Shown: positions 47,542-57,863 of the stretch, piece by piece
Numbering within the stretch: position 1 is the stretch's first letter
How the letters are laid out: each line of letters opens with the position of its first letter
Origin: Nemertoderma westbladi
Lineage: Eukaryota; Animalia; Xenacoelomorpha
Assembly (NCBI GenBank): GCA_032718475.1
Contig: JAUCBJ010007366.1
Span: forward strand, 47,340 to 111,339
DNA length: 64,000 bases
Reading direction: 5' to 3'
The notes under the pieces: generated by a model
Databases searched by the model: none
What the model saw: only the letters and a program-made list of their open reading frames with translations
What the model was told of the DNA's origin: nothing
Position numbers and translations under genes: made by a program

Positions 47542-48518
47542 GGTTCAACCCCCGGTGACGCGCTTTCTCATTTTTTCCACTTCTGAACAAAACCATTTAC
47601 ATTACATCATTAATTACAGTTGCAACAGCTCACCTCCAATGCCGATCATGCCAGGGACCTTAGAATCGGGACTGTCTAAAACCCGGGCCTGTCCCGGGTT
47701 TTGCAACCCGTTTCAAATTGCAACCCGTTGAAATAGTAGAACCAGCTAATGAAACTCAGATATTGTTTCATATTTGGAATCCTGGCAACATAAGCTTTCT
47801 AATGATATAATACTACTACTACTACAGCTGCTATCGGCATGCGTACATTGCATCTGCATTATTTATATTAAGAATGCTGTGTCGGCTTGTCTACAAAATT
47901 GCGCCGCTATAACCCCCTATCACCCATGATATTTTGTTAGATCTTCCGCATCTTCAAGGCCACGTAGAAAAGAGTTCAGATTTTTGTTAATACAGTCAGT
48001 GGAGCAATATACAAAAAAGTGACCAAAACATACAAAAATGTGAGACCATGATGTAATTCCATTTCCACTGAATGAAATTTCATGAAATATACTGTTACAG
48101 GTAGAAATTTTCATCAGGAATCTGGGAAACCATGTTTGCTAAACGCTACTGTAAATAAATAGCATTAAATTTTGCTTGATATAGTCAAAAACCACGGAAA
48201 ACGTGATGTGTTGACAAAAAAAAAGTGATTAAAGCAGTTAAATAAGGAGGTCTAGTTTCTATCTGATGTCAATAAAAGTGAATATGTTATATACCAAATG
48301 AAAGCTCGAAAATTTGTCTATAAATTTTAAGAAACATCATAGCCTGTAGATGTATACAGAAGTTAGCATATTGGAGATGTGTGCATTGTACTTGACACAG
48401 TGAACACGGCGTAGCATTCTTGTGAATGTGCCAACCATAGATTTGGTGTCCTCAGCAGTTAGAGCCCAGCATGGACTCCCATATAAGATTATGGTACTAC
48501 TGCTTCCATAAATAATCG

Positions 48519-48724
48519 TACGGTGGCCCACAACGGACAACACAAACCACAAAACGAATGCATAGTGTTCTATGGGGCATAAGTTGCTGTTGAATGCGCC
48601 GTGAAAGCCACGGCACTTTACGAAATGTGCCGTGGCTTTCACGGCGCATTCAACAGCAACTTATGCCCCATAGAACACTATGCATTCGTTTTGTGGTTTG
48701 TGTTGTCCGTTGTGGGCCACCGTA
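48519..48724. mobile_element. Palindromic MITE with a 6-bp TSD (IS3EU-like signature) inserted in an RTE fragment
   Basis: ~99-bp perfect arms TACGGTGGCCCACAACGG...; TSD TAATCG (48513-48518, 48725-48730). Confidence 0.85.
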
Positions 48725-48989
48725 TAATCGGACCTTAACGTTCCCTTTTAATCTATGAGACTTCCAAATCAGGGACAAACTACTGTATTTAATGCTGCCC
48801 ATGGTGGCGTATAAAGAGCAGATAGTGAACTGCGGACTGCCAATCAATACAAAGAAATCCAGGCGGTAAATTTGAATTATCACTTTCTAATCGTGTAGTC
48901 TATTTCTGTATTTGTATTTACTTACAAACGGTGGACTGGGGCTGGAACATTGTGTTCCCATTGGCTTAATCGCGTTTACCTGGTACAAT

Positions 48990-49982
48990 AGTCGAGTCAA
49001 TCTAGCAGAAAACCCATAAGTATTTCGCAATCAATCCGAACCACACATTTTGAATTGTATATTACCTTATTAATGACCAAAAAAAAGTCTATAAGATTTT
49101 ATTTTGCGGATCATAAGTTTATTCATGGAATTTCTGCGTAAATTTGCATAACACAAACCAAACAAAAGGAACAGTAGGGAAAAGTAAGTAGCAAATTGGT
49201 GATGTTCCAGAATAATTTAATTAATTTCACAATAAGCTGTGATTCAATGGGAAATTAGTAATATTTACACTGGCGTGTTACACATTAATTGCTATATCTC
49301 GGAAACTAGAAGTCGCATCAAATTTTTAAATATATCAAAACCTTCACGATATATTAAGGTAACCGTTGTAAAAAAATTATACAATTCCACTGCAAGGAAA
49401 TTTGATAATTTCCATTAATGTTAGTGAAGATTTTTCACATAATTAAATTGTGATTGCTCTATTGATTTTATGTGTAATTTATTTATTTGTTTTAGTTTGA
49501 AAACCACAATAGTTTATCCTATAACAAATACATTTTTTGGGGATAAGGGTTTTTGAGGTCGATAAATCCGATGGGCGAGGTTACATCCACCCATTTAGTA
49601 GAGAAGTTGTGTAAATAAGGTCCCTGTATTGTACCAGCAAAATTGGTATTAAAAATGGTTAAATGATTAAACAAATTTCCGTTGCTCTGGAAACTAAATT
49701 GGTAACTATATAGAAGTGCATACTTCAGTCAATCGATAGTCATTAGAGTAAAGTTTGTCTGTACCAAATTTGGAGAAAATCCCACCAATAGATCCCTTGT
49801 TGCTATGTAAAATCCATGTTGCTAAGGAAAGTAACAGGAAATTGAAGGTGATCCGCATAATATATTTTTATATACTTTTTTGGGGGTGTTAACAAGGTAA
49901 TGCAGAATAAAAAATAATTGGTTTGGATGAATTGCGAATTTGTTATGGGTTGACCCCCTTTTTCGGCTAGATTGACTCGCCT
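48990..49982. mobile_element. Non-autonomous TIR element
   Basis: AGTCGAGTCAATCTAGC / GCTAGATTGACTCGCCT; TSD unclear. Confidence 0.6.
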
Positions 49983-52900
49983 ACAAAGGGAGGAAGGCTG
50001 TTCAGCTATTAGTAATCCTCTAATTGGCTAATTTCTCAGTCCGCTGTTTGTTGTTACTCACAAAACATAGACTGTGGCTTGTGCCCTCCCATATATAATA
50101 TCATATATAATATATATATCATGATATATTATCATATATTGTCTTCCTAATAGTGAAAACGGTTTTTAAAAATATTGGGAAGTTTTCGAGTTCTTGCACC
50201 ATATTTTAACCCCACTTTTGGCACTTTTTGAAAATTGCATTTTCATGAAATTTGATTTGTAACATCTCTATTTTTGATTTGCACCTGATTTTTAGTGTTC
50301 GCAATTACGTGGAATTCATAGAAAATAAGATAGAATTCAAACTTGTTTTTTTCGGCGGCAGCCAAATTTGGGTACGGCAGCACCAAATTTTGAAATATGT
50401 CAATTTTGTAAATTTGATTGTTTGAACCTGTTTTTTGAGCAATAGGGGTTTTTTGGGGTTCTGGTTTTGTTGCTGCAGTTATAAATCCTGCCTTTAAAAT
50501 TACTTATTTTACCAATTTACCCAAAAGACTGTATATTTATTGATAAAGGACCAGTTACGGTGCCATATTGATTTGTTTCTTACAAATTATTCTTTAGTAA
50601 AGGTTCTTACGCCATCTAGTGCTATTACACCTATATTCGATCTAATATTGTTCGAACGCCTACTAAGCCTCAAAATGGAATACGTGATGCTTATTGGCTA
50701 TGCTCCTTGCTGATAATAGCTAGTATATAAGTGCGGTTGTGCTGTGATTGATTTTACACTCTTTTTGTTATTGTTTGACAGAAGAAGTCGCACTGCCCAT
50801 GCAGAGGCTTTGATCCCCGGTCAAGTTTAATTGACTGGTGGTTATTACAGGCCTAATGTCTAAACTTAAAGAGTTAATAATTGAATTATAATTATTCATC
50901 GCTACAATGTATATTCTACTGGTTTATTCAATTTATCTTTCTTTTTTGCTTAATATATCGCCGATATTACGTAATCGAGGAGGTTTTACACGCGCCACAA
51001 CAGGTGGGTTGCTGTAACTAAGTATGAGTGATAATCTGGACAATTGTATCAGATTTGTGTGTTGTCATATCTCTGACTTACTAAATAATTAATATATGAC
51101 GATATTTCAGACCATTAATATAAGCAAAGCTCTTATTATTAATTACATCACGATTGAGAGTTGTCACAAATTGAATACTGTAGTGATATCAATATAATTA
51201 GACCCAAAGACTTGTCACTATACGTTTCCTCTAAAGGGAAACACAATCACCAGACTTGAGTTCTTACAGAATTAATTAGTCAGTCATTTACTTGTTATAC
51301 TTTGTTGTCACACCCTCCCGGTATCGTATCTCAGTTAAATACAATAGATAATCAAATACCGTATTGAACTAAGTGAAATATAGAGCAAATCAATGCATCG
51401 AAGGGAAAAAGGGCAAATAAACAGATACAGTGAGCGGCCCTTGTTGACAGGTACACTAGCGCAATCTCGTTTATTGTATCAGACCGGACATCTTGCCTTC
51501 ATTTTTGCATGGTTTATTAAGTAACAGAAAAGAGTCAAAATATATAGAAATTGAGAGTGAAAGAACATAATTTACTAAAAGCGCTAACAGTAATAACCAA
51601 CTCTCAGCCCCCCTCGAGTGTTTTGATTTGCTTATTTGTTCTGTTAATGTGCTTATTTTCTCTAATTTCGATCGGGCATCGATCGTAATTGGTAGGAATT
51701 GGTGCATAAATATTTATCGATTTATATTATAGACCTGGCCCGTTTATTGTATTTTTGGTAAGTATTCTGCAAGTATTTGATAAACTTATTTACTGGTGTA
51801 TAACCGGAGAGTGTAAAGGAGTACTTTATATATCGTTATTTATAATTGGTGTATTTGTTGTTTTTTGCTTTCACGTATTGTTGAGTTTTGAACATTAACT
51901 GACAGCGCCCTATGTTTCATTGGACCTAAGGCGTAGATGTTCGTTTTCTACTGTAAGCCGGGTACAATAGGTAAATTCCCGCTGCAATAATTCTAGATTG
52001 GTCGGGTCAGATAATAGACGGAATCTCATATTTACCGTAAAACATCTTACTGCAGGTCTGCCTACTGTGAATTACCGGTATCTGATTGCTTGGCTTCATA
52101 GTGTATTAAGTAAATGCGTAATCATTCTGTAGGCATGATTTTATCCCCTATTTCATTCCTATTTCCATTATTGGAACATATAAAGTTTTTATCTCCTTGT
52201 GGGAGGAAATATAACTTTATTCCCGACGAATTACCTTTCATACTTGGTTTTATGAAATTGAGGTGCAGAAGTAAGACTGGCCCATCAACAATATCCAAAA
52301 CATAGTCTCTGGATGAATCGTGGGGCACCTTCGTTTCTTTAATCAAGTATCGAACTGTTATTTATCGTCTTACCCCCAGTACAGACTTATTAGTTCGAAT
52401 TTTTCAGTCGATCGGAACCATTTTCTGCGATCTTAGCCCGTCAACAGTTCGTTATACCCGACGTTAGGCGAAGTAACTAAGAGCCCTAATTAGCGTATGC
52501 GGCAATTGCGGGGACGCATTCTACTAACCGTATCTATTGTTTTTATTTGTGCTATTAACATTTGTCTCTTGTCTGGTTTCGGCGTCCTAAACGCTCGAAA
52601 CGTTTACTAACCCCCTGGTAAATTCCCACCATCTTACTGCCCTATTAATTTGTTTTATTTGCGTACTACACTGAAGTAAACTCAAAGTTTACACCACCAT
52701 TTGTATCGTAGGTACTTTAGGTATAAGTAACGTTTTTGTATTATTTTTATAATTGTGCGGTTTTTTATTTCGATATTATTATCCCATAATAAATATAAAA
52801 GGAACATTTAACCGATATACATACATATTATCGAGCTACTTAACATTTCAGCTCATTATTCCCCCCTCAGCTCCATTATTTACAACTTGGACCTCTGTCA

Positions 52901-53254
52901 GCGTAATATTCCAAAAAACCGATATATTTCTTGGGTGGAATTATTTGTTGTTTTACAAGCAATATCAGTCACATGACCAGTACTCTCACCGAGTAACCCT
53001 GACAACCCGATAGGCTTGCATTCTCTGCCTTAGTAGCTGCAGCTAGGTAGGCTACGTTGCAGTGATAGCTATTGTACCTCAGCTTGCCCGCTACAGCTTA
53101 TACAATTGATTGGTGATTGGCCATGTTATACCAAAGCATAGGTTTTGGATTAACCGGAACGACGTTTTACGTGGCGTATTCATAATTACAGGATTAATAA
53201 AGGCAAGGAAGGGTCTTTCACCACGTGGATATATAAAAAATGAAGTTAATTATT

Positions 53255-53296
53255 TACCGTATGGCCATTTCACCCTCGCGGGCGTCTTCAGCGGTA
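53255..53296 (-). ncRNA. Minimal type I hammerhead ribozyme in the Penelope pseudo-LTR (terminal copy)
   Basis: TACCG CTGAAGA C GCCC-GCGA-GGGT GAAA TGGCCA TA CGGTA; palindromic stem III. Confidence 0.85.
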
Positions 53297-53927
53297 TATT
53301 CAATTAAAATAGCGTTAACATATAATTTAATTTAAAAATTAGTTCACAATTTAAAAGTTTAGGGTACCTACCAAGCAGCATTTACAGTAAATAATGGGAA
53401 ATTTTACATTGAAATATTTAGGGGCCTAATTAAAACAGTGAAACGTTGTGAGTACCGGTAGTGCAGTTGCATAGTTGTGGTGGGGCTACGGCGCTACAGC
53501 CTAAGCACTGACTGCCTGTCATCAGGCTGCATACGTGTACCGTGTGTACGGTATGTTGCACCTTTACAGTAGTTGCTAAAAGATAACCAAGTAAACATAA
53601 TTTATACAGTAGGTAGTTAATTGCGGGTGAGTGGCTTGAGAAACTTAATAATATATGTGTTATTTTGCACCAAATAGTTAAACATTAGAAAAATTAATAA
53701 TATATGTGTTATTTTGCACCAAACATTTGAACAGTAGAAAATTAAAAATAATATCAAAGATTAAAACTAAGCAAATGTATTACTGGAAATAAGTTAAGTT
53801 AAGTGCATATTTATACAGTAGTTATTGCACTTAATAAATTTATCAAATTATTAATAAATAAGTCTACATACAGTAGATAGTTAGTATCGGGTGGGTGGCA
53901 GGATTAACATGATTAAATTATTTTGCA

Positions 53928-56900
53928 TTACATAGAAGGTATAACTTTATTAAGAGTTGGGTGGATCATATTAATGTAACAGGACTCTGCATGAACTCGT
54001 CGCTGGTGGTTGCGGAACTGTTTAAAGCAGGTTACGGTCAGTTGGTCTATTTCACAGTTAGTGAAATGTTGTAGGAGAAGGATTTCGGGGCTAGTTGGGT
54101 CGCAGCCTTTACGGGCTTCCCTAATACTATGTCTGTGCTTATTAAGCCGGTCGTGGAGGAATTGTTCCGTCTGGCCGATGTAGAAATCACTCGGATGAGT
54201 TCTACAGGAGATAATGTAGAGCACATTGTGGGATTTGCAGTTAAAGCGGCCGTGAATGGATTCATTCCAGTGTGTTTTACGAAGGTTTGTAATGGCTAGA
54301 CAACATAAGCAACGGGGAGCGCGACATTGGTGATTACCTACCGGGATAAGTGGGTCTAGTCTACGTATAAGCATTTGTCCAAGGTTTGGGAGGTTGCGTG
54401 GGACGGGTTTAATGGCAATACCTATGTTACTAAGGTGGTTTTGATGCCGGGCGATGGTTTTGGACATAGATGTTAAAAAATAAGGAGTTGTGGGTATGTA
54501 GATGGGGGGAGGGTGAGTATGCTGTATAGTGGTGTAGGTGGCGGGTAACTGTTTGGCTGGTTTCCATAGATACATTGATAGTAAGAAGTTTAGTGGGTAT
54601 CCTCTAAGTTTGCATAGTTCCAAGTAATTATGGCGGGTGACATTAAAAAGGTTATCTGAGTCAGTAAGTCTGCGGTAACGGAGGATTTCAGCTTTAACAA
54701 CTGCGAGTAGGGTGGGTTTATGGTGAAAACTAGCGTATAGGATGGGTAATTTATTGGACGTGGGCTTCTTATATAGGTGGGTAAGTAATTTGTCATCCTG
54801 GCGGTATATTGTGAGGTCAAGGTAGTTTAAGGTGGAGTAGGAGTGTTCTATGGTGAATTGTATTGAGTTCGTATTGTATAGTTCGAGGCAGGCTTGGTTG
54901 AGTGACGTTTTCAAACCACTTAACTCATTGGTGTTGAGTTCCCTATCGAATTCAACAATACTATCGTCAACGAGTGTTTTAAAATACTGGGCTGAGTAAA
55001 GGGTGGTATTTAGGGCTCGCTTGAGGACTCTGCATGAGGCTATAACGGCATAATCACCGCTATGTGAGCCTCCCATGGGCGCACCAGAGATTTGGAGGTA
55101 AAATTTGTCACTATACCTAAAAAAGTTATGGTAAAGTAGAAACCTTAGTATAAGACATAACTGATATGGCGTGAAAATAGACCGGTGTGGCAGGGATGGG
55201 TCTTCGGTAAGTGTTTGCATAGTGGCTTGTAACCCGAGCTCGTGTGGAATACTAGTAAACATATCGACTACATCTACTGCGATGAGAGTACATGATGAGT
55301 TATTGAGGTGGGTAGGCATTGTGTGTTTTAAATGTAATGAACTAGAAAGATAATTGGACGAGTTAGTGACTAGAGGGTGTAAGTAGAAATGCATCAATTT
55401 AGAAAGTGGTGAGAAAAAGGCGTCAGTATTGGATATAATTGGTCGGCCTTTAGGGATTAGTTTACCGTTTGGGTGTTGGATCCATTCCTCTTTGGGTTTG
55501 TGATCTTTGAGGGAGATAAAAATGTGGCCTGTGGTAAAAGTATTGGGAAATAGGTGCGTTTGGAGTTCGGGGTTGCGTAACGACAGTTCACGTAGGAGGG
55601 CTCGACATTTGACACGGAAGCGGGCGGTTGGATCTTTAGTTAGTTGTTCGTAGGTTGTAGTGTCACTGAGGATCCTTAGGATTTCAAAGTGTTTATCGGC
55701 AGTATCTAGTAGAATAATGTTACCGGTTTTATCTCCTTTGAGGAAGGAGACATCTTTAATTTTCTTAAGAGATTGGAGAGCAGTGAGTTGAGATTTATTT
55801 AAGTTAGGGGGGTGTTGGTTGTTGTATCGCTGTAGATTAATTGAGTTGGTTGTTTTGTGTAGGTCGTATATAAGTGATTCTATGCCAGGGTCTTCGGCGC
55901 GGGGGGCAACGTATCTCGCGTGGCGGTAGAATGGGGGGTCGGGTGGTTCCGGGTCGATATTGGGTTGTTCGGTAATCGTATTTAGCTTCGTCACTCGTGG
56001 TAGGGTGCGCGTTGTCGGTGTTCGCGTTTTCGAACGTGTTCGCGATGATGGCGTGTCTAGGGGTGTGCATGGGCCTCGCGACGGTGGTGGGTGGGACGGC
56101 AGGTTGTGGGGGTCATCGAGTGGGGTAGTTGGTATGTATGTGTGTGTTGGGGCAATCGGCGGTGCTGGCTCAACATCGGATGTTTGTTCGGTGTTTAGTG
56201 CCGGGAACAAACAGCGTTGTGCCGACTTACGGGTGCTCGGTTTATTTATGGCGGAAATTGGTGGTTGCCCTGGCAACGCGGCGGCAAACGTATCCGTTGG
56301 CGGGAGGATCGGCCGGTGGGTGGGAGTTAGAATGGTCGGGTTCGATCCGTGGTTGCCGTTGGTGGGTGGGGGATTGTGGTCCGCTAATCTCCGACACCGA
56401 TTGCGGAGTTTGGTCGCTGCGATGGCCATGTCGACGTGGCTATCGAAACGGTCGGTGTTCGTTATACCTCTGTTGGGAATAAAGGTAAAACCGAGGCCTA
56501 GTAAGTCGTGCTGGTCTTTGTCTAATGTGATACTCGAAAGATTGGTGACTGGTGCTTGCGCTTGGGGAAAGGGGTTAGTAGCTTGGGCGTCTTCGGGAGC
56601 GATATCTTTAACATTGAACCGTCGATTGGTATCCGGGTGGCTTGGAGGGCGCAGGATGTTGTCCATTGTCTCGTAGCCGCAGTCGAAACTGTATTTGTAA
56701 TCTAGACGGTAACACGTTACGTCGATTTCTCTGTCCTCTACTACCGGTAGCCAGTAATTTAAGAAGTTGATGCTATCAGTGTTGTACCGTGCTCTCGCTT
56801 GTACTCTGTTAAGGTGGTATTTGAATTCGCGTTTCAGTTTGCGTAGTCTACTAAATCTATCGCTGATCTCAGTTCTAAATACTCGTGCGAGTAGACCGTT

Positions 56901-57119
56901 GTAGAGCGAAGGGTAGAACTTCAGGATCTGGCTGATTCTAGGAACAATGAACGAAGGCGGGAAGTTGGATTCCCTGGCGGATTTAAAGTATTGGATTTGG
57001 TATTTAGTGCGTGCTTGGTGGATCCTAATTTTAAGACACATCCGAACGTCGTTTGCTGCCCTTGGTGTTAAACTTAGGTTTTGGATTAACCGGAACGACG
57101 TTTTACGTGGCGTATTCAT
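53928..57119 (-). CDS. Penelope-like RT + GIY-YIG endonuclease, 1063 aa (copy 1)
   Basis: KGDKTG, KDHK, GRPIIS, AVDVVDMFTSIP, QISGAPMG, TLVDD, LNYLDL, LYKKPT; linker C.APRCLCC; NVLYIISC..H...YIGQT...R...H...E....N. Confidence 0.95.
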   Translation of the reverse strand: MNTPRKTSFRLIQNLSLTPRAANDVRMCLKIRIHQARTKYQIQYFKSARESNFPPSFIVPRISQILKFYPSLYNGLLARVFRTEISDRFSRLRKLKREFKYHLNRVQARARYNTDSINFLNYWLPVVEDREIDVTCYRLDYKYSFDCGYETMDNILRPPSHPDTNRRFNVKDIAPEDAQATNPFPQAQAPVTNLSSITLDKDQHDLLGLGFTFIPNRGITNTDRFDSHVDMAIAATKLRNRCRRLADHNPPPTNGNHGSNPTILTPTHRPILPPTDTFAAALPGQPPISAINKPSTRKSAQRCLFPALNTEQTSDVEPAPPIAPTHTYIPTTPLDDPHNLPSHPPPSRGPCTPLDTPSSRTRSKTRTPTTRTLPRVTKLNTITEQPNIDPEPPDPPFYRHARYVAPRAEDPGIESLIYDLHKTTNSINLQRYNNQHPPNLNKSQLTALQSLKKIKDVSFLKGDKTGNIILLDTADKHFEILRILSDTTTYEQLTKDPTARFRVKCRALLRELSLRNPELQTHLFPNTFTTGHIFISLKDHKPKEEWIQHPNGKLIPKGRPIISNTDAFFSPLSKLMHFYLHPLVTNSSNYLSSSLHLKHTMPTHLNNSSCTLIAVDVVDMFTSIPHELGLQATMQTLTEDPSLPHRSIFTPYQLCLILRFLLYHNFFRYSDKFYLQISGAPMGGSHSGDYAVIASCRVLKRALNTTLYSAQYFKTLVDDSIVEFDRELNTNELSGLKTSLNQACLELYNTNSIQFTIEHSYSTLNYLDLTIYRQDDKLLTHLYKKPTSNKLPILYASFHHKPTLLAVVKAEILRYRRLTDSDNLFNVTRHNYLELCKLRGYPLNFLLSMYLWKPAKQLPATYTTIQHTHPPPIYIPTTPYFLTSMSKTIARHQNHLSNIGIAIKPVPRNLPNLGQMLIRRLDPLIPVGNHQCRAPRCLCCLAITNLRKTHWNESIHGRFNCKSHNVLYIISCRTHPSDFYIGQTEQFLHDRLNKHRHSIREARKGCDPTSPEILLLQHFTNCEIDQLTVTCFKQFRNHQRRVHAESCYINMIHPTLNKVIPSM

Positions 57120-57190
57120 AATTACAGGATTAATAAAGGCAAGGAAGGGTCTTTCACCACGTGGATATATAAAAAATGAAGTTAATTATT

Positions 57191-57232
57191 TACCGTATGG
57201 CCATTTCACCCTCGCGGGCGTCTTCAGCGGTA
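57191..57232 (-). ncRNA. Minimal type I hammerhead ribozyme, 72 nt upstream of the copy-1 ATG
   Basis: Identical to 53255-53296. Confidence 0.85.
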
Positions 57233-57863
57233 TATTCAATTAAAATAGCGTTAACATATAATTTAATTTAAAAATTAGTTCACAATTTAAAAGTTTAGGG
57301 TACCTACCAAGCAGCATTTACAGTAAATAATGGGAAATTTTACATTGAAATATTTAGGGGCCTAATTAAAACAGTGAAACGTTGTGAGTACCGGTAGTGC
57401 AGTTGCATAGTTGTGGTGGGGCTACGGCGCTACAGCCTAAGCACTGACTGCCTGTCATCAGGCTGCATACGTGTACCGTGTGTACGGTATGTTGCACCTT
57501 TACAGTAGTTGCTAAAAGATAACCAAGTAAACATAATTTATACAGTAGGTAGTTAATTGCGGGTGAGTGGCTTGAGAAACTTAATAATATATGTGTTATT
57601 TTGCACCAAATAGTTAAACATTAGAAAAATTAATAATATATGTGTTATTTTGCACCAAACATTTGAACAGTAGAAAATTAAAAATAATATCAAAGATTAA
57701 AACTAAGCAAATGTATTACTGGAAATAAGTTAAGTTAAGTGCATATTTATACAGTAGTTATTGCACTTAATAAATTTATCAAATTATTAATAAATAAGTC
57801 TACATACAGTAGATAGTTAGTATCGGGTGGGTGGCAGGATTAACATGATTAAATTATTTTGCA

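Larger units (their letters stand above)
47122..47640. mobile_element. Head-to-head inverted pair of a tRNA-promoter/hammerhead short element (retrozyme/SINE-like)
   Basis: Near-perfect ~225-bp inverted repeat, centre ~47345, with an extra ~68-bp partial duplication in the right arm. Confidence 0.85.

Noticed and set aside
47473-47562. Bona fide tRNA gene (also 22420-22505 and 23290-23385)
   Set aside because: Box A/B-like motifs are present, but there is no anticodon arm or proper acceptor stem; treated as tRNA-derived elements
53495-53560. Second hammerhead candidate (CTGATGA on the minus strand) in the Penelope UTR
   Set aside because: No GAAA or stem III at the right spacing; only simple hairpins
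55960-56676. 238-aa antisense ORF in Penelope (and its copy at 59896-60612)
   Set aside because: Gly/Val-rich mirror of the Pro/Thr-rich sense region; non-ATG start; no recognisable motif
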